Shown here: positions 9,375-20,500 of the stretch, one piece after another
Position numbering within the stretch: the stretch's first letter is position 1
Layout of the letters: every line of letters begins with the position of its first letter
IMG/VR virus record: IMGVR_UViG_3300042878_001565
Coordinates: 1-64,000 of that record
Source: a virus
Reading direction: 5' to 3' (one strand)
Length of the DNA stretch: 64,000 nt
Translations under genes and position numbers: made by a program
Notes under the pieces: model-generated
What the model was told of the DNA's origin: nothing
Database searches by the model: none
Seen by the model: the letters and a program-made list of their open reading frames with translations, nothing else

Positions 9375-10700
9375 ATGAGCAATACAATTTTTGACACACG
9401 TCGTGTGCAAATAGAATACACCCCTGGTCAAAGAACAGCTCTTGAAAAAGTAGAAGAGTTTCTTCGTGGTAGTGACAATTTCTTTTTACTTGCAGGTTAT
9501 TCAGGATGTGGTAAAACAACCATTGCTGAAAATATTGCAACGTATGCAAAAGCAGACCTAATGGCTCCAACAAATGCAGCAGTAAACAGGTTAAAAGAAA
9601 AAATTAATACAGGAAGTTCATTCACCCAATTCTCTACAATACACAGAGTGTTGTTTTCACCTGGAGAAAAGAAGGGAAAGTTTTTTGAAAAAGGTGGATT
9701 AAGGCCTAATAAAACTTATATCATTGATGAATGCTCCATGATTGACAAGTACGTTCTTGAAGTAATTATGAAGCGTGCTAAAGAAGGTCGTTGTAAAATC
9801 ATATTCATGGGAGATAGCTTTCAGCTAGAACCAGTAGGAGAAAACCCTTTCATCTTTGATTGGGAAAATTCTTATCCTGAAGACTTTTTAGTAGAGAATA
9901 AGTATGAACTTACCGAAGTTAAAAGATATGATGGGAATTTGCTTAAAATCGCAACAGAAATGCGTACAAGTAAAGAACCAGCATTCGATGCAATCGATAA
10001 CAATGACTTAATCATAGCAGATAAGTTTACAACATCATTGATTAAAGACATCAAAAGTGCATCAAGCTACGTTGTATTGACATCCACTAATGCTAAACGT
10101 GTAACCTATAACAGAAAAATTCGTTCTGCTCGTTTCAAACTTAATGGAAATGATTTAAACTATGCTATGAACAATGACAAATTAGTTAGTGTAAGCAATA
10201 GTGCATTGTTTTCCAATGGGGAAATATATGTGTTAGAGAACGCAAAACTAATGCACGAGTTTACTATCACTGTTGAACATAAACGCGAAGAAGATGGTTA
10301 CAAAACATATCGTGCTTTAATTTACACAGAAGGAGAGCGTACTACGTTATTGATACCAGAGTTAGAAGAACCATCGTTACAAGGACCAACCATCATCAAA
10401 TCATTTGATAGAGGTCACAGCACACTTCCATTACATCTGTACAAATTATTAATAAGTGAATGGAAAGATAAGTTTGGTAATAAGAAAAAGATGTTGCAGA
10501 AAAACATTATCGTTTCCACTTATGGTTATGCAATCAGTTGTCATAAAGCACAAGGACAAGAATGGGATAATGTTTACATCGATGCTGAATGGTTAATGCC
10601 TGTATGGGATTATGCTAAATGGTTCTACACAGCAATCACTAGAGCTAAATGTAAAGTTGAAGTTACAACTAATAAATACTTAAAAATAAATGAGTTATAA
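9375..10700 (+). CDS. SF1B (Dda/RecD-like) DNA helicase
   Basis: GYSGCGKTT, APTNAA, STIHR, IIDECSM, MGDSFQLEPV, YAISCHKAQGQEW, YTAITRA; start set at ATG 9375. Confidence 0.92.
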   Translation: MSNTIFDTRRVQIEYTPGQRTALEKVEEFLRGSDNFFLLAGYSGCGKTTIAENIATYAKADLMAPTNAAVNRLKEKINTGSSFTQFSTIHRVLFSPGEKKGKFFEKGGLRPNKTYIIDECSMIDKYVLEVIMKRAKEGRCKIIFMGDSFQLEPVGENPFIFDWENSYPEDFLVENKYELTEVKRYDGNLLKIATEMRTSKEPAFDAIDNNDLIIADKFTTSLIKDIKSASSYVVLTSTNAKRVTYNRKIRSARFKLNGNDLNYAMNNDKLVSVSNSALFSNGEIYVLENAKLMHEFTITVEHKREEDGYKTYRALIYTEGERTTLLIPELEEPSLQGPTIIKSFDRGHSTLPLHLYKLLISEWKDKFGNKKKMLQKNIIVSTYGYAISCHKAQGQEWDNVYIDAEWLMPVWDYAKWFYTAITRAKCKVEVTTNKYLKINEL

Positions 10701-10953
10701 CTTATCAATTCCAGTAACTAAAGTTCAGGTTGAACCAAGTGGTTACAAAGAAATGACTGTTGATATTACAGTCGAAAATTATGCAGTAGTTCTTGACCAA
10801 ATTGAAAACAATGTGATTCTAAAATACATTGAACATCAAGATGGATTTAATACAGAATGGTGCATGGAACGAATAACAATTGAAGAATGCATTGAATACT
10901 TTGGTGTATTAACAATGCGCGACCAAGTAGTAAAAACTTTAATACACGAGTAA
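10690..10953 (+). CDS. hypothetical protein
   Basis: Overlap-coupled small ORF in a tight gene run. Confidence 0.65.
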   Translation: MSYNLSIPVTKVQVEPSGYKEMTVDITVENYAVVLDQIENNVILKYIEHQDGFNTEWCMERITIEECIEYFGVLTMRDQVVKTLIHE

Positions 10954-11231
10954 TGGCATATTTTTTAGATTTTAAAATAACAACCTGGAAGCGAGTTCGA
11001 ATTCCAGATGAAAAATTAGAAGAAGTAATTCAAAAATTAAAAGAAGGTGATTGCGATGCACCTTATGATATAGCGGATGAAATTGATGATTGTTATATTG
11101 ATTATTGCGATATTGATTTAGAAAGCGAAGAACCAATGACAGTTGAAGAAAATGGCGGTGCTTCCACACAGGAAATATATAACACCGATGGAGAAATAAT
11201 TTATAGAAACGGAACAGCAGATGACGAATGA
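10953..11231 (+). CDS. small acidic hypothetical protein
   Basis: TAATG-coupled ORF, strongly D/E-rich. Confidence 0.7.
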   Translation: MAYFLDFKITTWKRVRIPDEKLEEVIQKLKEGDCDAPYDIADEIDDCYIDYCDIDLESEEPMTVEENGGASTQEIYNTDGEIIYRNGTADDE

Positions 11232-11544
11232 AGATGAACCCTTAATGAAATTAGGTGCTCCCACACAAGCTGAAAAGTTATTGTGGGAGCGATATTCCAA
11301 TCAAAACCTTTTAAGTCAAATCAAAGAAGTAAGAGCGGAATTAGAAAAAGTACATAAAGAATATGCTGAATACAAAAGTACAGTGTTAAAAAACAATATT
11401 GCGCAGATGTTAAACAAACTTAATCGAATGAAAGATGAAAAGGCTTTTACTGTAGAAAAGATTAGGAAGTTACAGCAAGACAATGAAAAACTTTTGTTAA
11501 GATGCATAAAGTATCAAATCGAACTGCGACCAATAAATGAGTAG
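11221..11544 (+). CDS. hypothetical coiled-coil protein
   Basis: Overlap-coupled; heptad-like K/E/L pattern. Confidence 0.65.
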   Translation: MTNEDEPLMKLGAPTQAEKLLWERYSNQNLLSQIKEVRAELEKVHKEYAEYKSTVLKNNIAQMLNKLNRMKDEKAFTVEKIRKLQQDNEKLLLRCIKYQIELRPINE

Positions 11545-11752
11545 TTGGACTGGTTTTAGTGAAGAAACAAAAGCAATCAAAGAAGTAAATCTGGAGATTG
11601 AAAGATTCCAGAAAAAGATGGACGCATTTAAATTAAGAATGGCAAAGGAACTTCTTGAAAAACGTCCATCATATACAATAAAAGAACGCGGTGCAATCAA
11701 ACGTGCAGCATTAGATTTAAGAGAGTCCTTATTATTAATAACAAAATTATGA
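11537..11752 (+). CDS. hypothetical protein
   Basis: Overlap-coupled ORF. Confidence 0.6.
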   Translation: MSSWTGFSEETKAIKEVNLEIERFQKKMDAFKLRMAKELLEKRPSYTIKERGAIKRAALDLRESLLLITKL

Positions 11753-11970
11753 GCAAGTATAAAATTGACAGAGCAAATAGCAGAGATGACTATGATAACA
11801 TGTGTTTCCAACCATCTGATGGTGCATTATATGACAAAGAAATAGCATTAAGTGTTCTTGAGAATAGATGTGGTGGAAGTATGCAAAATGCAAAAACTGG
11901 AGCAGGATTTATGGTAAGTTATAACCGAAATGAAAATGATTGGTTACGTAAAAAATTAAAAATCAAGTGA
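11749..11970 (+). CDS. hypothetical protein
   Basis: ATGA overlap with the upstream gene. Confidence 0.6.
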   Translation: MSKYKIDRANSRDDYDNMCFQPSDGALYDKEIALSVLENRCGGSMQNAKTGAGFMVSYNRNENDWLRKKLKIK

Positions 11971-12425
11971 TGGAAAGAAGATTTACAGTTTGGATAGGTG
12001 GCCTTGAAGCAAATGACAACTACCTAACCAAAAAAGAAGCAGAAAGTTTAGCAGCTAATTGTGTAGCTACAGGTTATGATGATGTAGTAATTGAAGAAAT
12101 GAAAGGTTCTATTACAGCATCTGATTTTATTGCATGGTATTTTTCAGATGAAGATGATGTATTGAATATTGGCAGAGAAGTTATTAATGCAATAAGAACA
12201 ACAGGTTCTAACACAATAACAGTAAAAAGTTTATTTGATTCCTGTGGGTACATACCAGAAGATAAATGTACAATATTTGTAAATGTTGATGATGATTATG
12301 AGTTTGATCCAATTGATTTAATATTCATTGATGATTTGACTGAACAAAAAGAATGTCACAAATGTCACCATGAGTACACTGGCGATATAAGTTTTTGTCC
12401 TAAATGTTTAACCTGCGTATCATAA
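11967..12425 (+). CDS. hypothetical protein with a C-terminal zinc ribbon
   Basis: N-terminal TVWIGG.E.ND...GYDDV module; C-terminal CHKC...CPKC. Confidence 0.7.
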   Translation: MMERRFTVWIGGLEANDNYLTKKEAESLAANCVATGYDDVVIEEMKGSITASDFIAWYFSDEDDVLNIGREVINAIRTTGSNTITVKSLFDSCGYIPEDKCTIFVNVDDDYEFDPIDLIFIDDLTEQKECHKCHHEYTGDISFCPKCLTCVS

Positions 12426-12437
12426 AATTTAAAAATC

Positions 12438-12662
12438 ATGGCTAAAATAGATTATAACAAACACATCTGGGAAGGATGGACTGTAGCAGATTTCATCAAA
12501 GAATTATCACCGACTTTTAATTGTATAATGCGCGGAAATGGTTGGACCAAACCTTTTATATGCAAAGAAGATCTTAAAAAATGGTGTAAGGAAAACCAAC
12601 CATATTACAAAAAACATATTCCTGGTGTGTACAATCACTTTCTTAAACTATCAAACTTATGA
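12438..12662 (+). CDS. conserved hypothetical protein (HIWEGWTV.DFI..L...NQPYYKK type)
   Basis: A-rich leader, W/Y-rich compact domain. Confidence 0.7.
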   Translation: MAKIDYNKHIWEGWTVADFIKELSPTFNCIMRGNGWTKPFICKEDLKKWCKENQPYYKKHIPGVYNHFLKLSNL

Positions 12663-12913
12663 TTTACATTGTATATGAATGCGATAAACATCGCACACAT
12701 ACATCGACTTGTGTGAAAGAAATTTTCACAAGCAAGCAACAAGCACTTTCATTTTACAATAAAGGTGTAAAGTTATTCAAGATGCAGGGAGAATCCGAAT
12801 GGTTCCTCAACTTGGCTACACATTCACCAAGAATAAATTTAAGTTTGGATAATGATGTGTTGCATGACATGGTGTTAATTAAATCAAACGAAGATGGCTT
12901 TGTCAGCAGATGA
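12659..12913 (+). CDS. hypothetical protein
   Basis: ATGA-coupled ORF. Confidence 0.6.
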   Translation: MIYIVYECDKHRTHTSTCVKEIFTSKQQALSFYNKGVKLFKMQGESEWFLNLATHSPRINLSLDNDVLHDMVLIKSNEDGFVSR

Positions 12914-13424
12914 TATATCAAGAGATGATACAATTAGATTGGTAAGGATTGCGATTAAATGCGCAGATCTTTTACCAGATTTCGATATAGTAAATGACCT
13001 TTACTTAGATGGAAAATCGAAATATGTAAAACACGAAATCAAAGAACCGTTTGAAAGGCTTGGAGCAAAATTAGATTCATTTAGTTCAGCTTTTTTAAAA
13101 CCATTTGTAGAAGCGGATTCGCAAACACAAATGGAACTACAACAAATGTTCCGCGATTTTACAAACAGAGTATGGTTTGTAAACGAAGAAATGACCGCAT
13201 TGGCTATGATGTATGCAAAGGCAAAAAGTATTTCAGCAGACATTGCCGAAATGGAATTTAACGACATCCCTTTGTCCTACATCAAAACATTATGTGATGA
13301 CTTCGCCAAAAAAACTGAAACCAAATACAAAGGTGTATTTGGAATGACCGACAAAGATGGTTTAGGATTACCCCACATCATTGAAGGACTTAATAACTTG
13401 GGTAAAAAAATAATGCACAGCTAA
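12894..13424 (+). CDS. hypothetical helical protein
   Basis: 176-aa ORF coupled to the next gene by TAATG. Confidence 0.7.
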   Translation: MALSADDISRDDTIRLVRIAIKCADLLPDFDIVNDLYLDGKSKYVKHEIKEPFERLGAKLDSFSSAFLKPFVEADSQTQMELQQMFRDFTNRVWFVNEEMTALAMMYAKAKSISADIAEMEFNDIPLSYIKTLCDDFAKKTETKYKGVFGMTDKDGLGLPHIIEGLNNLGKKIMHS

Positions 13425-13804
13425 TGGAAAAACAATTAGAACAAGTAAAAGAATTTCATGAAAAATTCTTGCAAGACATGAACAGTACTCCTGAACTTCT
13501 TTCTATAGAAGAGTCTAGGTTACGTTACGCTCTGATGAAAGAAGAGAACCAAGAATATCTGGATGCTGCAAAAGACGAAGATATTATTGAAGTGCTTGAT
13601 GCATGCGCAGACCAATTGTATATTTTATGTGGAACCATTTTAAAACATGGATTACAGGATATGATTGTTCCTGCATTTAATTTAGTTCATGCAAACAATA
13701 TGGCAAAGCTAGGTCCAGATGGTAAACCAATCTTTAGAGAAGATGGTAAAATAATCAAACCTGAAGGATTTGAAAAAGTAGAACTTAAAACATTGTTCAA
13801 ATGA
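13424..13804 (+). CDS. MazG-like / all-alpha NTP pyrophosphohydrolase
   Basis: V.EFH.KF, LMKEENQEY (EExxE), EVLDACADQLY, VHANNMAKLG.DGKPI.REDGKI.KP. Confidence 0.88.
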   Translation: MEKQLEQVKEFHEKFLQDMNSTPELLSIEESRLRYALMKEENQEYLDAAKDEDIIEVLDACADQLYILCGTILKHGLQDMIVPAFNLVHANNMAKLGPDGKPIFREDGKIIKPEGFEKVELKTLFK

Positions 13805-13950
13805 GTGCTGGCATAACATATAACGGAAAGGTTGTCTATATCAGGGCAACCTTTGAACACAGCACTATGGTGCTTGTAAGTTACAAGAAAAAAGGATCAC
13901 AGTTTAAAGTACAAACAACTGAATTAATAGGATACACAGAAAAAAAATAA
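13801..13950 (+). CDS. small hypothetical protein (49 aa)
   Basis: Own translation MSAGITYNGKVVYIRATFEHSTMVLVSYKKKGSQFKVQTTELIGYTEKK; ATGA overlap upstream; fills the gap to 13957. Confidence 0.6.
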   Translation: MSAGITYNGKVVYIRATFEHSTMVLVSYKKKGSQFKVQTTELIGYTEKK

Positions 13951-13956
13951 AACGAT

Positions 13957-14505
13957 ATGTTTAATCTTGAAGATGAATTAAAAAAAGAAACACAAAAAAG
14001 TTATATGTTTCTTTGGCCTTTGTTGAACTTACCAACAAATATAAAACCTATCAACACGTATTTAGGTTTTAAAGATGCAAACACAGACAAGCCTTTGATA
14101 ATTGGAATGTTCCACAAAGATTTGTTTAATTACAAACAACAGAAAAGAATTCTAGTGCAAAATAAAAATTACCAAGTCTATTTTATAGATGAAGGTTTTG
14201 AATATTTTGTTTTTGAATTAAAAGACTATAAACATGATTACGCGTTAATCATTAATGGAATGTATTCTGATGTCAGTCAACGTACTAAAAATAGAATCAT
14301 TGGTTCTTCTGTACATAAAATGACTGGACTAGCATTATATCCAGATGATATACGAAATGAAATCGCAGATCTTTTTAATGTAAAAGAAGGACCAAAAGAA
14401 ATTCTTGGTCCTCCTAATTTTGAAACTGAACTTATATCAGCGTCTGAACGCATGATTAAATTATTCAAAGGATGCTTTATTAAAACTTGCGAAATTCTTG
14501 TTTAA
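13957..14505 (+). CDS. conserved hypothetical protein, last gene of the + strand arm
   Basis: S.MFLWPLL...G.YS.VS pattern; 3' end overlaps the convergent giant gene by 26 nt. Confidence 0.7.
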   Translation: MFNLEDELKKETQKSYMFLWPLLNLPTNIKPINTYLGFKDANTDKPLIIGMFHKDLFNYKQQKRILVQNKNYQVYFIDEGFEYFVFELKDYKHDYALIINGMYSDVSQRTKNRIIGSSVHKMTGLALYPDDIRNEIADLFNVKEGPKEILGPPNFETELISASERMIKLFKGCFIKTCEILV

Positions 14506-17500
14506 GTCCGTATGCCGCGTCTATCATTTTGCCATCAAACCCTTCGTATTTTAAATATAAATTAAAAAGTTTACTACGACCTGATTGTTGCCAACGTAAT
14601 GGACCGGCATCTTTTTCATAAACTTCACCTTCTAAAGCAATGTCAAATCCGTTAAGTATATCACTTAATGGATTTGCTGTTGAAAAAACACCTTTCATCA
14701 TAGACATATTAACACCTTGGTTCATCATAGGCATTGGATAAAAAGCACTTGTTTCTTTTCTTACACCAACAATTGTTCGTAAAAGTTGTATTTTAAAAAA
14801 ATTAGTAGCATCAAACTCACGCCCACTTGCATCGGTATATTGTTCATCTACAATAGGACCTGTAATATCTGTAATAAATTTAGGTGCTTGCGGAACACTT
14901 GTTGATGCAGCCATCCATTTAAACATCCCTTCTTTTTCTTCATCAAAAAGAAAAGCTTTAGATTCATCATCATCATCGTTGTTGAGTTTAAATCTCATGT
15001 TTTTTTGAACAAGATACAATGCAATTTCAATTGAAATACCAATAGCAATCTTTAGAAGCCCTGTATAGTTTTCATACGATAAATGCTTACCTCTTGTTCT
15101 AATAAGTTCTCCAACGGACTCTAACAGTGCAACATAAGAACCTAATTCTCTTGTACCAGATGCAACATTATTTCTTGGTGTAAATCGAACGCCTACTGCT
15201 ACTTTTTTTCCTAAAATTTCTTTATGTTTAAATTTAACTTTACCGTATGTAATTCTATCTCTTAATAAGTTTGGAAAAAATTTAATTAAAAATAATCCCA
15301 TTTTTCCCATAAGATTCCTATAAATATCAGGAGCATTCAAATCATTTGCTGCACCAATAGTTTTGGTTAAAGTATTTTGATGAAGATCTATTAACTGATT
15401 TAATTTAGAACCAAGTATGATTTTGTTATCATCCGAATAAGAAATAGAATATTCAACTGGAACATTTGGCATTGTTACAACACGCCCTTGAGCATCTAAC
15501 TGTATTGCTTTAAACAAAGTAGTTTGTTTACCATTTAATTCAAACTTATTATGATTTAAAATTGCAAAAAATTGATGCAACGGAACCATGTCACCAAGAT
15601 ATTTTCTTATAGCATATCGTTGATTACCTTTAAAAATAGACTGCATAAATGTTGTACCTCCGTTATGACCTGCACGTTTTTTAGCAAAGTCTGGAATAGC
15701 ATCCATAACTGTTATCAATTGTATAATTGGATCTTTTTGTTTTTTAGTCCATGATTCTGATACAATTTTATTAGAAGCAGCCATAGCCATTCTTTTTGTA
15801 ACACGTAAATCATTTGGATTTAAAACTTTACCTTCTGCCGATGTTGCCGCTAACATAATTTCACCACTGGCGTAGTTTTTTACACCACTATACACATTAT
15901 AACTAAAGAATCGTTTACTTAATGCTTTACTTGTAAATTGCGTAATTCGCAATGCATAAGTACCATATCTACCATCAAAACCATCAGGCATTACAACTTG
16001 AACACCATCAATATGTTTATCAATCATTTTATTAATATTCTTCAATCGACCACTTTCAGCAGCTGAAAGTGTAGGTTTAGCCATATTTAATGTTTCAAAT
16101 GATTGTTTTAATTTAATAAGATCTGGATCAGCACCAAGATTTTTAATTGTATCCTGTAACATTTGTACAACAGGGTTAATATCACGAGCAACTTTATATG
16201 TTTCAACTGAATGCAACCATCTACCCATAATAGAAACAATATTTCTACTTTGTTCAGCTAAAGGCATTTCATAATTACCAGTAATCGGTCTGGTCATTGT
16301 GTTTGCTAATGCATTTGAATCATATCCTACAGAAGCTTTACGATATTGATCACTATCAAAATCATCAGTATTGCTTTTACTAAAAGCTCTTATTATACCT
16401 AGACGCTTTCTTTCAAAAAATCCTTTTGTAGTAACATTTTCTATAGTTCCATGAATTTTTTCTTTAGGAAAAGCAAGTCCGTTTGTTTGTGATGAATCTA
16501 ATCCAATTTGATTATCCAAGTATGTATTTTTTAAGTACATCAATGCATCAAATAATTCTGGTTTAGAACGTAACATTTCTTGATATTCATCATTAATAAA
16601 GTTAGTTCCTATTGCACCTTCATTAACAGTCTTTGGTAACCATTGTCCTTTTGAATCTTTATTTGCAAGAATCAATTGACCATTTTGAAGTTCATCTCTT
16701 TCAATTTCAGGTGTAACATAATCGCTTTTTACAATCTTTGATTTATATGCTTTATTTGGAACACGTGGTTCACCATTTACTTCCAATGTACCATTAGGAA
16801 ATAAATCATGATTCATAATTTTAGTGTTGTAATACTTATCTACATCGTAAGGTCCTGAAAAATTCCATACTGTAGATTTTGTCCATATACTAACAACACC
16901 TTTTGGAACTTGATACCCAATTGCTGGATCTAATGCATAAACAACTTTTTCATCAGCAAAATGATTTGCTTCAAACCATGTTTTAAATTCAGGTGATAAC
17001 TCTTTTAATTCATCGATTAAATCTAAATCAGATAACAATATATCAACCATGTCTTCTGATAAAACAGGATTGTTATACAAGTCACTATGCTTATATGTTT
17101 TTTTTACAGCATTGTAAACAGCATCATAAACATCAGAATTTTTATACATGAAATCAAACCACATATTTTTATAATCTTCTGTGCTTCTTGAATATGACAT
17201 TTCACGTAAATCATTGTCAATTTGATCAACTTCAAGTAAGTCTTCATCATTAACCTCAAGTCCTTGAAGTTTAGTGCGTAGAATTAATTTAAAAGCTTCC
17301 AGTCTTAATTTTTCATGAGGTTTAAGATTTTTTCTATTACTTAACCTAACATAATCTAAATACTGATGCTTACTTAAACCACTTTTAGTAATAAACAATT
17401 TTTTACCATCTTGAATTTGTTTATTCAAGTCAGTTATTTTTTGTTGTTCCTCTAATGATAAACGTGTACCTTCATAAATACCTGATTCATTTACAGTTGG

Positions 17501-20500
17501 TTTAACTATATTTGAAACTTCTTCAAACAATATAGTTGAATCAATAATACCTTTAAGGGCTGCAATTTTAGTATTTGTTTGATCAAGTTTTTCTAATAGT
17601 TCTTTACGTCTATCCAATTTTGCTTTTCGTAATTCATAATAATTAGAATTAACTTCAACCTGTGTATTTTGACTCAACCAAGTATTCATTTCATACTCGT
17701 ACTCTAAACTTCCTTTTGTATATTTAGTCAAAATTTGTGCTTCAAACGCAGCAAATACACCTTCAAATTTACCTGGAACTTCTTCATAGTCATGAAAATC
17801 TTTTGTCAACTTATCATAGTTGGTTAACAATTCAGCTATTTGTAAATCATCGCCTGTTTTTAATTGACCTGTTCTATCAAATTTATTTTTAAGTTGTTTT
17901 AAATCAAACCAAAGTCGTGAAGATTCTGTTTGATAATCACCATCAGTAATATTTTCTGAATAATCTCTATTCAAAGCATTCATTTCTGTGTAAATATCGT
18001 CAATCAATCTACGTGCTTTTCTTCCTATAGGTGTACGCATTAAATAATCGTGCTGGTAATATTCAGCAGTATTATCACGATGCATATAATCAGATTCAAA
18101 TTGAGCTTTTGCATCAATAGCATCTAACCATAAATCATAATTGCTACCATCAGGAATTGCAACATAATTACTACGTGCAAGATCAATAGCAACATCTAAT
18201 TCTTTTATTTTAACACGATGGTTTCGAAAATTACTCATAAAAGCATACTCTTCTTTTATTTCTAACTTTCCATCTGCACCTTCAACAGCGTATGTATCTA
18301 CATGACTAATTGCTTTTCCAAGACCAGCTTCTCCAAAAATATTATTACCAAACGATGTACCTTTTAACGCATCATTTAAACCATCTAACAGAGTTGCTTC
18401 TTTTGCATTTACATTACCTGCAATTGTATTAAAATGTTGATTAATATATTTAGCAAAACCACTTGTTATAATATCATCAGACGTAATAAAACCATACATA
18501 GCATTGCTTAAACCTTTAGCATCGCCTAAAAAGTTAGCACTTGTAAGTTTAACTTTATCTTTTGTAATTCTTTCACCTTTAGCTATATTAAGTCGAAGAA
18601 CCATGTGTCTTCGTTGTTCATCATAAGTTAAAGGTTCTTTGTTTTTAACACGAGCATCTAATATATTAAATTCATATTCTTCAGCAAGAGTTACACCGTA
18701 GTAATCAGCATATACCAATTCGTATTCAGCCCATAATCCTTTGTCTTGTAGTTTTTGTAACTTATCTAAATAAGCTTCTTCAATAGGTTTGTGAACTTCT
18801 ACAAGATGATCATGAAAAGCATCAATAGATAATTCTGTAACCTTACTACTTACACGTTGCTGTAATTGTTCTATTTTAGTTTTAATTTTTGAAAACTTTT
18901 CATATACAGGGTTATCTTTTTTAACATGATAATTAAAATAACCGGTTTTAGAATCATCTAATTTGTTAAAATAATCATTCCAGTTATTAGCATAAAGCCA
19001 CATTGAATACAATGTTTCAATATCTTCTTTTGAATCCAAAGTTACATTGTCCATTGTATCAAACTTTTCAGAAAGTTTGTCAAAAAGAATTCCTGTATTT
19101 ACAACTACCGATATAAATTGTTTTAATTTATTATGGAATTGTTCCATGTCTTGAGTAACATCAGCTTCATCTTTAATTTTAACTAAAGACTTAACAGGCT
19201 TTCTTTTATTGAACGTAGTTAATTCTTCTACATCTTTTCTTAACTGCTGTATAATTCCTTGATTATATTCATCGGAAATTTCACCAGCAATCCATTTAAA
19301 GACATCGTTTTCTTTTGTTAAATTACCAACTTGTTTTTTTAGAACTTCGTAAAATTCATTTATAGTCTGTTCTGTTTCTTCAACAGAAACAGCAGCCATA
19401 ATTTTTACTTCATCCTCATACATCTTACCAAACATTGCAACATCATCCATGTCAATGAAATCTCTATCTAAAAGAAATTCTTCACCTGCATTGATCATAT
19501 CAGCAATATCTGCTATCGTAGTGTTCGGATTAAGTTTTGAAATGTTAATTTTTTTACCAAACAACTTTCTTAAAAATTGTTTAATTTGAAAAAACAATTC
19601 TTTAAAAAACCCATCTTTTTGTAGATCAGCTTGGTTAGCGTGCGCATATTGTAATGCATACACTAATGCTTCTTCTTTATACTCATCTGATTCTTTTTCA
19701 AATTCAGATGAGTACATTGTATCCAGGTGTTTTTCAATTTCAGAAAATTCTGGCGATGCTTTTAATTTATCATATAGTTCATTAAATAAATCTCGATTTG
19801 AATTAAAGATTGATTTAATAATTGGATGACCAAACTCATGAACAACTGTACTAGCATTAAAGCGTTCTTGTATTAAAAAGATTTTTCCATTTTTGAAATA
19901 ACCCGTAGTTGTTTTTTGGTTTGGATATTCTTTATCAAAATCTTCTTCAGATATAATTTCAAAATCAACACCTAATTGGTTTGATAATTTTGAAAGTATC
20001 AACATTGCTTTTTGATTGTTGGTTATTTTAACCAAGTCCTTCACTTTAGAAACAGCTCGTGACATTTCAAAAGGTTCTGCTTCTGCATAGTAATCTTCTT
20101 CTATCGTTTCAAGATTGTCGTAATCACGCGTTGTAAGCTTTTGAAAAACTACCTCTGGACTTCTGACTTCACCATGTTGTTCTAATACATCACGTAAAGC
20201 TTCTTCACGACCTACAACCGCAGCAACTTCGTTAAACTTCTGCAAGTCTTCTTCTGATAAATCCAATTTGTTTTCGTCATACGTTTCAAGAACTTTATTC
20301 GAAACAACATCGCCTGTGTTTGGAGATGATTGCCAAGAACGAGTATTACCCAAAACGGTATTGCCACCATCTTGGGTACCTCTATCAACATTTAATTGAG
20401 ATGTTTCTAAACCTAAATCTTTTGCAGTTGGATACTCATCCGTACTGTTTTCTTCCATCCATATCCCAATTTTTGCTGCAAGGATTGAAGGATTAATGTT

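Noticed and set aside
11749-11970. LSVLENRCGG resemblance to the DnaB helicase C-terminal motif
   Set aside because: Only a few residues match in a 73-aa protein; no other helicase motifs
13827-13854. Hairpin AAAGGTTGTCT...GGGCAACCTTT as a terminator
   Set aside because: Only a short T-run, and it lies within a plausible coupled 49-aa ORF; may be a pause or processing site but not supportable
16345-16370. DDFDSD in the 2024-aa protein as a second RNAP catalytic loop
   Set aside because: Lacks the upstream R.P motif and hydrophobic barrel context; the convincing site is DYDID at 25739-25753
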